This document shows, piece by piece, positions 49,250-59,912 of a stretch of 64,000 bases of DNA. Made by a program: the position numbers and the translations under genes. The stretch comes from an uncultured Acidobacteriota bacterium (GTDB lineage: Bacteria > Acidobacteriota > Vicinamibacteria > Vicinamibacterales > CAVVIG01), in assembly GCA_963837345.1 (NCBI GenBank), contig CAWIMX010000001.1, forward strand, positions 451,823 through 515,822, given 5' to 3'. The stretch's first letter is position 1; the number at the start of each line of letters is the position of its first letter. The notes under the pieces are model-generated. The model had not been told where the DNA came from and made no database searches. It saw nothing but the letters and a program-made list of their open reading frames with translations.

Positions 49250-51976
49250 CTAGGGCTGTTTCGGCGACTCGAGAAACGTCATCCACTGCCGCACGAGCTC
49301 GCCCTGCGGCCCGTTCGCGCGCTGGTATGACTCGGCGTAGCGCCTTGCCAGCGCGGTGTCCTCTTCGGGCGTGTGGGCGGCGGCTCCCGCAAGGCGCAGG
49401 TTGTAGATCCACTCGACGGCGCGCAGGAGGGCATCCTGGTCGTCGGGCCGCGCGTCGAGATAGCGCTCCATCGTCCGCACCGCCTCGCGCCCCTGCCCGA
49501 ACGTGGCGTACAGCATCGCCAGGGGATGCGTCAGCCGGGGATCGGAGGGCCACTTGCCCGTCGCCTCGGCCAGAATCTCCCGCGCTTCGTTCAGATCGTG
49601 CGTCCGCAACAGGGCCTCGGCGAGCCAGTAGTACACCTCGGGAATCTCGCCGCCCTCGATGAGCGCAGTCTGCCAGGCTCCGGCCGCCTCCTGATCGTGT
49701 CCGGACGCGGCAAACGTCGCAGCGAGATACACGAGGGCGGACGTGCTGTCCACGTCCGGCTGAATCGCGTGCTTGAAGCTCTCTTCGGCCTTCTCGTAGT
49801 TCCCGGCCTGCAGCTGCTTCACGCCGGCATCGAACTCCGGGCGGACGCTGTCCTCCACCTGCGCACGAAACTGGTCGACCGCAGGTCGCTCCAGCGCTTC
49901 CTCGGCGTGGAATGCCGACGCGAAATCGGTTTCCTCGACCGGCAGGAACAAGTCCACATCGTCGGGCGCGGCGCTGCTGCCCACCCCGGTCACCGAGCTC
50001 ATGAGCACGCTGGGAGGCGCCACGTCGAACTCCCGCGACAATTGCGCCAGCGGCTCGCCGGTGCTGGAGAACACGGCGGCGCGCAGGCGGTAGGCGCCGG
50101 GGGGCAGCTGGCGGATGGACAGCGACCGCGAGAACAGTGTCCGCGCAGGACCGGCAGTCTGGCCGGCCGCGTCTTCGCCCAGGATGGGCGGGCCGTCCTC
50201 GGTCGACGCCACCTCGTAGCGCACCTGGATCGCCGACGAGCCAGGCCCATAGGCCTCGAGATAGCCCTGGACGACGCCAAAGCTCGCCGTCGGCGTCACC
50301 GTGGGCTGCTGACGCGGACTCAGGTCGACGGGGCCACCGACCATCAGGTCGCTCAGGTCCACGTCGCCGCCGCTGACCAGTCCGGCATGGATCTCGTGCT
50401 CGACGCTGCCGACGCGATCGCCTTCGGCGACGGCGATCTTCAGGCGGTAGTCGCCGGGCGGCAGACTCGCGCCGGCGGCGTACTGGAGCGGCGACGGCAC
50501 GCCGTTCATCACGGGTCCGACTCGAGCCATCGCGCCGAGGCTCTGGACGTCGTGGCCGTCTTCATCCGCGATGACGTAGGCGACCGCTATCTGGCGATCG
50601 GCCGTGTACTGGCCGCCGATGTCGGCGCGGATGAGCAGCTGCACCTTGGACGGATCGGCGTCGCGGAGCGAAAAGGTGATCACGTGAAGAGGCAGGGCCG
50701 ACGACAGGAGCGGCGAGGTCAACGCCTCCATCGCTTCCTGGCTCATGGTGCGCGGAGCGGGCGATTCGAAGGCCGACCGGTCGAGCAGCGAACGCCGCGC
50801 GCGCACGGTCGCGCCGCCCCTCGACACCCGGACGCGCACCGAATGCGCCCGGCCGTCCCGATCGGTCGGCGCCGACTCGACGCCGAGAAGATAGTAGCCG
50901 GAGATCTCGGCCGCAATCCGATCGAACAACGTCTGCCCCGTGCCGACGACGTTGAACACGGCGCCCCGGCTGGCCGCGGCGAGCGCCATCACGCCCTCGG
51001 TCCGCCGCTGCGTGTCCTCACCGCGCGCGAACGGCAGCCCGGGCTCGGTGATGTCGAAGTAGTTGTCGTCCAGTTTGAGGACGTAGATGCTCGTTCTGGC
51101 CGAGGCAGCCAGCCCCCCCAGCTCGGTCACGGGCGACTCGACGCCGTCCTCCATGATGAACCCCTCGGTCATCAGGACGAGCGTCTTGGGCGCGTCGATC
51201 GGCGCCAGGGCGAGCAGGAGGTCGTGCAGGCCGCGAATCGTCGACGTCCCTTCCCGGTCCGCCTGCAGCGCAATCATGCGGGCGTCGTTGACGACCTGGA
51301 TCGCGCATTCCTCCCTGAACTGCGTGGGCTCCTGCCCGCACTCGCGCTCGACGACGGCCTGGCGGATCTGGTCGTCGCCGCGGTCGATCGCCAGCGCCTC
51401 GGACAACGCCATCCGCCTCGTGGTGGATTGCCCGACCGAGAGCGACTCCATCTGCCCGTGCATGCTCGCGATCGCCTGCTTGGATCGCTCCCGATCCGAC
51501 AGGAACGCGGTCGAGCGGGCGCCGAGGCCGAACCCCACGACGGCCACCCGATCGGCCGGCTGCAGCGTGTCGAGGAACTCTTCGGCGGCGCGGGTAAGGG
51601 CCCGGCCTCCGCCGAACCGGATGTTCGGCTGGTCGACGACGAGGACGATCAGCCGGCCCGCCGTGCCGCCTTCGTTCGTGCTGTACCCGTCGGGCAACGC
51701 CGGCGGCGGGGCATTCGCGCCGTCGGGTACGAGCGAGACGAATTCCGCGGACACGACGCGTCTGGGCGCGCCGTCAATCTGCACGGTAAACTCGTCGCTC
51801 GACAGATCGGTGATCGGCTGCCCCCGGTTGTCCACGACGCTGGCGTCGAGCGAGGTGACCTCGACGGCCGAGCGAAAGACCGGCGGCTGCTTTGGCGCCT
51901 GAGCCGACACGCCAATCGCGATGGCCGCGGTCGTCGCCGCCACGGCGAGTGTCCGGGAAGCGAGCGACACCTTCAT
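49250..51976 (-). CDS. Secreted VWA-like protein with a degenerate MIDAS motif and a C-terminal TPR region
   Basis: Signal peptide MKVSLASRTLAVAATTAAIAIGVSAQA. N-terminal beta region (VEVTSLDASVVDNRGQPITDLSSDEFTV). VLVVDQPNIRF occupies the position where DxSxS is expected. TPR-like C-terminus (GNYEKAEESFKHAI..., YYWLAEALLRTHDLNEAREIL). Confidence 0.8.
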   Translation of the reverse strand: MKVSLASRTLAVAATTAAIAIGVSAQAPKQPPVFRSAVEVTSLDASVVDNRGQPITDLSSDEFTVQIDGAPRRVVSAEFVSLVPDGANAPPPALPDGYSTNEGGTAGRLIVLVVDQPNIRFGGGRALTRAAEEFLDTLQPADRVAVVGFGLGARSTAFLSDRERSKQAIASMHGQMESLSVGQSTTRRMALSEALAIDRGDDQIRQAVVERECGQEPTQFREECAIQVVNDARMIALQADREGTSTIRGLHDLLLALAPIDAPKTLVLMTEGFIMEDGVESPVTELGGLAASARTSIYVLKLDDNYFDITEPGLPFARGEDTQRRTEGVMALAAASRGAVFNVVGTGQTLFDRIAAEISGYYLLGVESAPTDRDGRAHSVRVRVSRGGATVRARRSLLDRSAFESPAPRTMSQEAMEALTSPLLSSALPLHVITFSLRDADPSKVQLLIRADIGGQYTADRQIAVAYVIADEDGHDVQSLGAMARVGPVMNGVPSPLQYAAGASLPPGDYRLKIAVAEGDRVGSVEHEIHAGLVSGGDVDLSDLMVGGPVDLSPRQQPTVTPTASFGVVQGYLEAYGPGSSAIQVRYEVASTEDGPPILGEDAAGQTAGPARTLFSRSLSIRQLPPGAYRLRAAVFSSTGEPLAQLSREFDVAPPSVLMSSVTGVGSSAAPDDVDLFLPVEETDFASAFHAEEALERPAVDQFRAQVEDSVRPEFDAGVKQLQAGNYEKAEESFKHAIQPDVDSTSALVYLAATFAASGHDQEAAGAWQTALIEGGEIPEVYYWLAEALLRTHDLNEAREILAEATGKWPSDPRLTHPLAMLYATFGQGREAVRTMERYLDARPDDQDALLRAVEWIYNLRLAGAAAHTPEEDTALARRYAESYQRANGPQGELVRQWMTFLESPKQP

Positions 51977-53145
51977 CGCGAGGCCGCCAGGGGTTCGGCG
52001 CGATAGCCCTGCCGGGCGCGCACGTCGTCGTATCCGTCGACCTGCACATCGATGCGACGCCAGGTGTCGTCGCGCGCCGTGTTCGTCGGAGGGTACCCGA
52101 TCAGGTACTGGTTCGACAGCTCTTCGATCAGATCGGCAAACCGGTCGTTCAGTTCGTCGATGTTGTCGGTGAACAGTGCGCGACCGCCGGTCGGGCGCGA
52201 CAGGCGGGTCATCACCGTCCTCAGGCGATCGAGCGTCACGCCGCGGCCCTGCCCAATCATGTACAGCGTGACGTCGCTCGTCTGGAGCCGGCGTTCGACG
52301 TCTTCGAGCGTCCCGTGGCTGCCCTGATCCTCGCCGTCGGTGAAGACCACGAGCGCTTTGCGGCCCGTCTCCCGGCCCAGCATCTCGATGCCCCGCAGGA
52401 TGACGTCGTACAGCGCGGTCGCCCCCCACGGCGCCAGGCGATCGACGGCGCGCACGCGATCCTCTGGCCGCGTGGCGCGGCGTGCGAGGGGGAAGATGCT
52501 GTCGTTGAAGCCGAGCAGCGTGACCTGGGCCTGGGAGGGCACGGCAATCAGGAAGTCGCGGACGGCCGCCTTCAGCTTCGTCATCGCCGTCGTCATGCTC
52601 CCGCTGATGTCGACCGCCGCCACGAGCTCGAGCGGCACGTCCTCCGACGAGAAGTATGTGATCGTCTGCGGCCGGCCGTCTTCCTTGACGTGAAACGCCG
52701 ACCGCGGAATGTCGGGCACGAACTCCCCGTTCTTCGTGACGGTCACCGTGACCTGGACGACGTTCACGTCGGCGGAATCGGAGTATCCGAGCGACTTGGT
52801 CCGAAGCGTCTCGATGACACGCCCGCCCGTCGCCAGATTCGCCACGGCCCGCACCTGGTGCTCGTTGATCGTCGGCCCGGCTTCCCACGCGCATTCGTAC
52901 GGCGACTGAACGATGGTGCACACCTGGCGGCCATCCACGTAGAAAATGATCGTGCTGGCCGCGCCGACGGGATCGACCACGGCGCGCAGCACCGTCTGGC
53001 CGCTGATGTACGCGTCGGCGGAGGGAGAGAGGATGTGGACGCTGGGGACGGCAGGTGCCGGCGGCTCCTGGCCGGACACGCCGAGCGCACAGATCAGGAG
53101 CGCGAGGGGCACCGGCGCCGCGAGACGAAACAGGCTTCCCGTCAT
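51973..53145 (-). CDS. Secreted VWA-domain protein (VWFA-related Acidobacterial-type)
   Basis: Signal peptide MTGSLFRLAAPVPLALLICALG. MIDAS motif VDISGSM. GATALYDVI, VFTDGEDQ. The stop overlaps the downstream ATG (ATGA). Confidence 0.85.
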   Translation of the reverse strand: MTGSLFRLAAPVPLALLICALGVSGQEPPAPAVPSVHILSPSADAYISGQTVLRAVVDPVGAASTIIFYVDGRQVCTIVQSPYECAWEAGPTINEHQVRAVANLATGGRVIETLRTKSLGYSDSADVNVVQVTVTVTKNGEFVPDIPRSAFHVKEDGRPQTITYFSSEDVPLELVAAVDISGSMTTAMTKLKAAVRDFLIAVPSQAQVTLLGFNDSIFPLARRATRPEDRVRAVDRLAPWGATALYDVILRGIEMLGRETGRKALVVFTDGEDQGSHGTLEDVERRLQTSDVTLYMIGQGRGVTLDRLRTVMTRLSRPTGGRALFTDNIDELNDRFADLIEELSNQYLIGYPPTNTARDDTWRRIDVQVDGYDDVRARQGYRAEPLAASR

Positions 53146-53177
53146 GCGATTGGCCCTCGCGGACGCTGTCGTCCGCG

Positions 53178-55998
53178 CTACGGTTCTGACGTCTCGGGCA
53201 CGAGCGGACCGACGGCTGCGGAGGTCGCCACGTAGTCCTCGATGCGTTCCCTCGGCGCGCTCTGCGCCGCGCGCACGAGCGCGAGCCAGTCGTCGGGGTC
53301 GGTGGGTCTCACCTCGTCGACGAAGTCCTGGACGGCCGACCGCAGAACATCTTGACCGAGGGCCGCCGGCAACCGCAACTCCCCAAGTGCCATGGCGACG
53401 TGCAGGTTGAGGTCGGCCACGGCCGTCGCCATGACCCCGAGCGGCGGCCGGCCGGCGCGCAGGTGCCACTGCCGGGCCGGCACGGCTTCGAGGCACAGGC
53501 AGTCGTCGCCAGGCAGCCCGGCCGTGCCCCAGGCGTCGAGGTCGGACGGGGCGCCGCCCCCGAGCTCGAGCAATTCCTCGAGGGAAAACAAGCTGTCGAC
53601 GCGTGGGGGGGGGTGGTCGAGCATCCAGGCCCCGGCGCGTCGCCGCCAGCCGTCCATCCGGATTTCTGTCGCGAGCGCCTGGAAATTGTCCTGGCGCCCT
53701 CCGAGCGCCTCGACGCGCGCGCGGCCCCGGGCGACGGCGGCCACGAGGCGGTCGCGCCCGGCGTCGGTGAGCGCAAGGGGATCCATCAGGGCCACGCCCG
53801 CGGCGAACGAGTCGCGCTCGTTCATCGTGATGACGGGCGCTGGCACGACGCGCTCGCTGTTGATTCGGCGCAGCCCCAGCGTCGCGAGGCCGACGTCCAG
53901 GCCGAGCAACGCGCCGTCGACATGCCACGGCTCCCCGGGCGCGACCTTGATGCGCGGCGCCGTCCAGGCGACGCGGGACCATCCGCCCGGCTCGCGCGAC
54001 GCGAAGCCGAAGTTGTGACGCCGCGACACGTCCCCGGCAAGGAGCACAGTGCCGTCGGGATCGCCGACGTTGAGCGCGTAGGCGAAGGCCGTCAGCGACT
54101 GTGCGAGCAGCACGTCGCCCACCGGTCCGAGCGCGGCGACCGCCCGGGACAGATTGCTCGCGCCGGGATCCGCGAACGCCTCAGCGCTCCGGTCGACGAC
54201 GGCGGCCGCATCGGGCAGGTTGACGCGATCGGGCGTGATCGCGCGCGACGCGTTGCGCCGCAGCGCCTCCGCCAGGTGTTGGAGATCGGCGATCGATCCG
54301 CGGATCAGAATCGAGCGTGGCCGCGCGCCCCGACAGGCGGCGCCGGATCACCGCGATGGTCAGCGAGACGTCGATCGGCTCGACGCCCTGCTTCTCGCGC
54401 ACGAGCGCCAGCCGTCGCCGCTCGGCGGCGCCGAGATCCAGTCGATAGGTCTGCCCCTCCCAGGTCACCACGTGCGTCGCGCCGTCGGGTGCCGATGCGC
54501 CGCCGAGCGCGTTGATGAGCGCGTGCTCGATGTCGGCCGCCGGGTCGAGCCGCGGCGCCAAAACGTCGGCGATCCACTCGGCGACGGCGCCGTCGTACCA
54601 GCCGTCGCGCGTCAGGGGCCGATCAATCAGGTTCTCCACCAGGGTCCGCGCGGTCGCGGCGTCGAGGGTCCGCACGCGCACCATCCGCGACACGAGCACC
54701 AGCGCGCCCTGAAACTGCCCCAGCGCCGCGAACGCGCGGCTCCCGTCCAGCCGGTCGAATTGCGCGGCGCGTCGAGCGGCGGCCGCAAAGACGGCCGGCG
54801 ACCGAATCCCCATCCGCTCGAGCTCGAGCATCAGCTGCGGGAAGCGCAGGTAGCCGCGCAGGGCGACCAGGGCGTCGGCAGGATCGGCCGGCCCGGCGGC
54901 GGCGAGCGCCCGCTGGCCGAACGTCAACTGTCCGAATCGCCAGCCACGCTGACGGCCGTCGTACTGGAAGGCCGCGCGCACCAGCCAGGCCGCGTCGATG
55001 TCCGCTCCGGTGGCGAGCGGCGTCGGGTCATCGGGCAGAGTGTCGCTCTCGAAGGCCGGCCCCCAGAGCGACTGCAACGCGGGCGGCGCCGGCGCGCCGT
55101 CGGGCCGGGCGCGCACCCGCCACAGCAAGGCCGCGACATCGTATTGCGGCCGGGCGAAGGGCAGCCGGTCGATGTCCCACTCCGCGACGGCCTGATCGGT
55201 GGCCGCGACCAGCGCCGCAAACCGATCCGCCCGCTCGGTCGGGTCCTGCATCCACGCGCCCGTCGCGAACGCCCGCTGCGGCGGCTCGAGCTGGTCGACG
55301 ATGTCGTAGAGGTACGCCAGCCGGCCGGCATCCGTCTCGAGCCAGGCCTCGATGAACGCCATCGGGTCGCCGAGCGGCCGTCCGATGGCCGCCTCCCACA
55401 AGGGCGCCGCGCCCGCCCCGCCGGGCGGCGCGATGCGCCCGTCGTGCACGTGCAGCGACCCGGCGAACGCCGCGAAAATGCCGGCACCGCGCCGGTAGAT
55501 CCGCGTCGGGATCTGCGGATGCGCCTCCAGGTACGCCAGGGTCTCATCGTCGAGCCCCAGCAGGCCGTAGCAGAGGAGCGCCGCCGCGCGATTCTGGAGA
55601 ATGGCCGGCAGCAGCGCGTCGGGCGCCGTGTCGCGATCGAGGACGGCGCGGCTCCAGAAGGCCGCCGACAACGGCATCGGCACCCAATCGCGGGCGTGGT
55701 CGAGGTCGGGCGCCGCCGCCTGGAAGCGCGCGATGTTGCGCAGGGCGGCCTCGTTGCGATCGGGAGGCAGTGCGTACAGCACGCGAATCACCTCGGGCAC
55801 GAACCGCGCGGCGTCCGGAGTCGGCCTCACGCCGAGCATGCCCGCGGCGACGTCGCGTCCCCCGGGCACCGGCACGTCGGCGCCCTCGACCGCGGGCGCA
55901 CTGATCGTCAGCGCGACCGCGACGACGAGCACGGCGCGCGCGGACGGGCGATCAGTCGCGATCGTGAGAACGGCCATGGGCGATGGGCGGTCGAACAT
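53178..55998 (-). pseudogene. Large (~940 aa) signal-peptide protein of unrecognised family, with an apparent frame change near 54300..54346
   Basis: The upstream segment (frame of ORF 54181..57183, from MFDRPSPMAVLTIATDRPSARAVLVVAVALTISAPAVEG) turns into Arg-rich text after ...EPIDVSLTIAVIRRRLSG. A second frame reads ...GSIADLQHLAEALRRNASRAITPDRVNLPDAAAVVDRSAEAFADPGASNLSRAVAALGPVGDVLLAQSL... and runs straight into ORF 53178..54122. Confidence 0.55.
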
Positions 55999-56094
55999 TA
56001 GCACAGCGATGTGGCGGTCCGCGGCGCCGATCGGCCACGTGATCGGGCGCGAAAACGGCGCGGGGGCGAATATTCTTCGGTACAATCGTTCGCG

Positions 56095-58005
56095 ATGGCC
56101 GCTCCCACCTATACCGCGAAGGACATTACGGTTCTCGAAGGGCTCGAACCGGTCCGCAAACGCCCCGGCATGTACATCGGCGGCGTCGGCTCGGCCGGGC
56201 TGCATCACCTCGTCTGGGAGATCCTCGATAACGCCGTGGACGAGGCGATGAACGGCTATGCCAAGAACATCTGGGTCACGCTCCACGCCGACGGCTCCTC
56301 CATCAGCATCGAAGACGACGGCCGCGGCGCGCCGATCGACAAGCATCCGTCGACGAAAAAGAGCGCCCTCGAAGTGATCTTCACGGTGCTGCACGCGGGC
56401 GCCAAGTTCGAGCAGGGCAACTATAAGACGGCTGGAGGCCTCCACGGCGTCGGGGCGAGCGTCGTCAACGCGCTGTCGAAGGACCTGGTCGCCACCGTCA
56501 CGCGCGACGGAGCGCAGTGGGAGATGCGCTTCAAGCAGGGCCGGGTCGCGAGCGGCCTGAAGAAGATCGGTGCCGCGCGTGGATCGGGCACCAAGGTGTA
56601 CTTCCACCCCGATCCGTCGATCTTTCCGCGGATTGAATTCGACGCCGCCGTGATTGCCGAACGCCTGGAAGTCGTCAGCTATCTCCACAAGGGCGTCAAG
56701 GTGATCTTCGAGGACGAAACCTCGAAGGCCAGGCATGTCTACGAACATGCCAACGGCCTCACCGACTACCTCAGGAAGATCGTCGGCGAGCGCGCGGCCA
56801 GACCCGTGCACGACACGCCGTTCGAGATCGCCCGCGACGATGCGCTGCGCCTCGATCTGGTGCTGCAGTGGACCGAAGCGACCGACGAGCACATCCGCTC
56901 GTACGTGAACGGCATCCCGACCAGCTCGGGCGGCACGCACGAGAATGGCCTGCGCGCCGGCCTCGGCAAGGCCGTGCGAAACTTCATCGACACGCACAGC
57001 CTCTCGCCCAAAGGCGTGACGCTCACCGCCGAAGACATCCGCGAGGGGCTGACCGGGGTCCTCAGCGTCTTCATCCAGGAGCCGCAGTTTCAGGGACAGA
57101 CGAAAGATCGGCTGAACAACCCCGAGCTCACCTCGGCCGTGGACGGCGTCGTCCGGCCGGCGCTCGAGCATTGGCTGAACCACAACATCAGCGTCGCGGA
57201 AGCCATCGTCGCGCGCATCATCCTGGCCGCGCGCGCCCGCGAGGCCAGCCGCGCCGCCCAGGCGGAAGTTTCGCGGAAGAGCGCCACCTCGACACGGCTG
57301 AACCTGCCGGGCAAGCTCAGCGACTGCACGAATGCCTCGGCCGACTCGAGCGAACTGTTCGTCGTCGAGGGCGATTCAGCCGGCGGATCGGCCAAGCAGG
57401 GGCGCGACCGGGCGCGGCAGGCGATCCTGCCGCTGCGGGGCAAGGTCCTCAATGCGGAGAGCGCGTCGCTCGCCAAGGTGCTCGAGAACAAGGAGTTGTC
57501 GGATCTCGTCACCGCCCTCGGCTGCGGCCTCGGCAAGAACTTCGACCTGTCGAGGCTGCGCTACGGCAAGGTCATCATCCTGGCCGACGCCGACTCGGAC
57601 GGCAATCACATCGCCACGCTGCTGCTCACCTTTCTCTATCGGCACCTGCCGCAGCTCATCGCGAACGGCAAAGTCTATCTGGCGCAGCCCCCGCTCTACC
57701 GCATCGACATCGGCAAGGACACCTACTGGGCGCTCGACGATGCGCAGCGCAATGCCATTCTCAAGCAGCGGGCGAACGGGCGGGGCACGCCCGAGATCAC
57801 GCGGTTCAAGGGCCTCGGCGAGATGATGCCCAAGGTCCTCTGGGAGACGACGCTCAATCCCCGCACGCGGCGTCTGCTGCGTGTGGAGGTCACCGATCAG
57901 ATCGTGACCGATCGCGTCATCAACGAGTTGATGGGCAAGGACGCCTCGGCTCGCTTCCGGTTCATCATGGAGCGCGCCGAGGAAGCCGAGGAACTGGACG
58001 TCTGA
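56095..58005 (+). CDS. Type IIA topoisomerase subunit B (GyrB/ParE family)
   Basis: [74 protein letters not shown]. Confidence 0.9.
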   Translation: MAAPTYTAKDITVLEGLEPVRKRPGMYIGGVGSAGLHHLVWEILDNAVDEAMNGYAKNIWVTLHADGSSISIEDDGRGAPIDKHPSTKKSALEVIFTVLHAGAKFEQGNYKTAGGLHGVGASVVNALSKDLVATVTRDGAQWEMRFKQGRVASGLKKIGAARGSGTKVYFHPDPSIFPRIEFDAAVIAERLEVVSYLHKGVKVIFEDETSKARHVYEHANGLTDYLRKIVGERAARPVHDTPFEIARDDALRLDLVLQWTEATDEHIRSYVNGIPTSSGGTHENGLRAGLGKAVRNFIDTHSLSPKGVTLTAEDIREGLTGVLSVFIQEPQFQGQTKDRLNNPELTSAVDGVVRPALEHWLNHNISVAEAIVARIILAARAREASRAAQAEVSRKSATSTRLNLPGKLSDCTNASADSSELFVVEGDSAGGSAKQGRDRARQAILPLRGKVLNAESASLAKVLENKELSDLVTALGCGLGKNFDLSRLRYGKVIILADADSDGNHIATLLLTFLYRHLPQLIANGKVYLAQPPLYRIDIGKDTYWALDDAQRNAILKQRANGRGTPEITRFKGLGEMMPKVLWETTLNPRTRRLLRVEVTDQIVTDRVINELMGKDASARFRFIMERAEEAEELDV

Positions 58006-58022
58006 GCGGTCGCCCGTCGACG

Positions 58023-58667
58023 TCACAAGGCCGACGGAATATCGCGGACGCTCGCCAGCACACGGTGAGCGCCGGAAAACGTGCCGCCCACCGTCAGGCC
58101 TGACGGCACCACGAGGCAGCGGATGCCGGCGCGCGTGGCGGCGATGAGGCCCCGCTCGGAATCCTCGACGGCCACACACGCCTCCGGCTCGATGCCGCTT
58201 CGCTCGATGGCCGCCAGGTACGGGTCGGGTTCAGGCTTCGAGCGCGCATAGTCGCCGGCGGTCAGCACGAAATCGAAGTACGGCAGCAGGCCGCTGGATC
58301 GGTGGATCTGTTCGAAATGATCGCGGCGACAGCTGGTCACGACGGCCATGACGTACTTGCCCTGCAGGGCGGTCAGCACGTCGTGCACGCCCTCGACCGG
58401 GCGCGGCGCCTCACCCAGCCACCGCGCGTACAGCGCGTTGCGTTCGGCTTTCAACCGTTCGACGTCGTCCGCGCTGGCGCCCTGGGCCCGAGCGAGGTGC
58501 CATGCGCCCCTGCCCTGCACGAGGAACAGCTGCACGTATTGCTCGGCGGAGAGCGACACGCCTGCAGACGCCAGCACGTGCTGGGTCGCCCGGAAATACA
58601 GGTGCTCGGTCTCGACGAGCACGCCGTCGTTGTCCCAGAAGATCGCTCTGGCGGGAGCTAGGCGCAC
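58023..58667 (-). CDS. HAD-superfamily hydrolase (phosphatase/beta-phosphoglucomutase-like)
   Basis: IFWDNDGVLVETE (DxDG motif I), VVTS, KPEPDPYL, VEDSERG. The proposed GTG start at 58667 overlaps the aminotransferase end by 10 nt. Confidence 0.78.
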   Translation of the reverse strand: MRLAPARAIFWDNDGVLVETEHLYFRATQHVLASAGVSLSAEQYVQLFLVQGRGAWHLARAQGASADDVERLKAERNALYARWLGEAPRPVEGVHDVLTALQGKYVMAVVTSCRRDHFEQIHRSSGLLPYFDFVLTAGDYARSKPEPDPYLAAIERSGIEPEACVAVEDSERGLIAATRAGIRCLVVPSGLTVGGTFSGAHRVLASVRDIPSAL

Positions 58668-59887
58668 ACGTCGCGGAGGCCCTTCACGAGGCGGCCGAGG
58701 CCCTCTTCGACGGTGTCCTTCTGCAGGGCGCCGTACGCCACACGGAAGTAGCAGCCGTCGGCCATGCCGAACGCCGTCCCGGGAATCACGGCCACGCGGT
58801 GTTCGCGAATCAACCGTTCGGCGACCTGCAACGGGTTCTGCGGTGTGTTGACTTTGATCAGGCAATAGAGCGCGCCGTCGGCGGTCGGCGGCTCCACGAG
58901 CGGCGCGAGCGCCGACAGGCGCTCGACGACGGTCGCGCGAAGCGCCGCAAGGTCGCGGACGAACGGCCGGCAATAGTCGCGCCCCACGTCGAGCGCCGCC
59001 TCGGCAGCCACCTGCGCCAGGATGGTCGGACAGATCAGAATCGTGTCCTGGCTCTTCATCATGGCGGTCGCGAGGGACTCCGGATACACGACGTAGCCGA
59101 CGCGCCAGCCGGCGAAGCCGTAGGCCTTCGAGAGCGAGTACATCGCGATCGTGTGTCCCGCCGCCCCCGGCAGCGCCGCCACCGACGTGTGCGCCGCGTC
59201 TCCGTAGGTGAAGTACTCGTAGACCTCGTCGGCGAGATGATAGAGGCCGCGCTCGGCGCAAAGCGCGTTCACCTCGGCCAGGGCCGACCGCGCGAAGACG
59301 GCGCCGCTCGGATTGTTCGGCGAGATCGTCACGACGGCGCGCGTCCGATCGGTGACCGCGCGCCCGACGGCATCGGGCACGAGCTCGTAGCGCGTGCCGG
59401 TCGGCACCGGCACGACACGGCATCCGGCCATCTGGATCGCCATCTCGTGGTTGAAATAGAAGGGCACCGGCACGATCACTTCGTCGCCCGGCTCGGTGGT
59501 GGCCATCACCGCGTGCATGAACGCCATGTTGGCGCCGGCCGTGACCATCACCCGCCGGCCCTCCGCGACATCGATGCCGTTCTCGTCGCGGAGCTTGCGC
59601 GCGAGGCGCGAGAGGAGCGACGGCCGCCCGGCGCCGTCGCCGTACTCGTGCGCCTCGAACCGCCCGAGCCCTTCACGCGCGGCGGCGATCGCCGCGGGCG
59701 GCGGCCCGTAATGCACCACGCCCTGGCCGAGCGAGATGGTGCCGGGGTTGTCGCGAATCATGCGTCCGATCACCGGGATAATCGGCGACTGGACGGCGTC
59801 CATCCGGGTGCGAAATCGAAGAGTTTCGGGCACAGGCCTCGTCCGTTCTTGTATCACAGAGAGGGCTCTTCGCAAATCATTGACCAC
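58658..59887 (-). CDS. Class I/II pyridoxal-phosphate-dependent aminotransferase
   Basis: ISLGQGVV, VTAGANMAF, PFYFNHEM, SPNNPSG, SLSKAYGFAGWRVGY (PLP lysine). The start may be downstream of 59887. Confidence 0.88.
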   Translation of the reverse strand: MVNDLRRALSVIQERTRPVPETLRFRTRMDAVQSPIIPVIGRMIRDNPGTISLGQGVVHYGPPPAAIAAAREGLGRFEAHEYGDGAGRPSLLSRLARKLRDENGIDVAEGRRVMVTAGANMAFMHAVMATTEPGDEVIVPVPFYFNHEMAIQMAGCRVVPVPTGTRYELVPDAVGRAVTDRTRAVVTISPNNPSGAVFARSALAEVNALCAERGLYHLADEVYEYFTYGDAAHTSVAALPGAAGHTIAMYSLSKAYGFAGWRVGYVVYPESLATAMMKSQDTILICPTILAQVAAEAALDVGRDYCRPFVRDLAALRATVVERLSALAPLVEPPTADGALYCLIKVNTPQNPLQVAERLIREHRVAVIPGTAFGMADGCYFRVAYGALQKDTVEEGLGRLVKGLRDVCA

Positions 59888-59912
59888 GAGCGGCTTGGGT
59901 TATAGTTTTCCG

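Noticed and set aside
47751-56094. Whether the 8.3 kb between the topoisomerase subunit A and subunit B genes is an inserted genomic island.
   Set aside because: There is no integrase, transposase, tRNA, flanking direct repeat or visible composition change. The A and B subunit genes of type IIA topoisomerases are often unlinked in bacteria.
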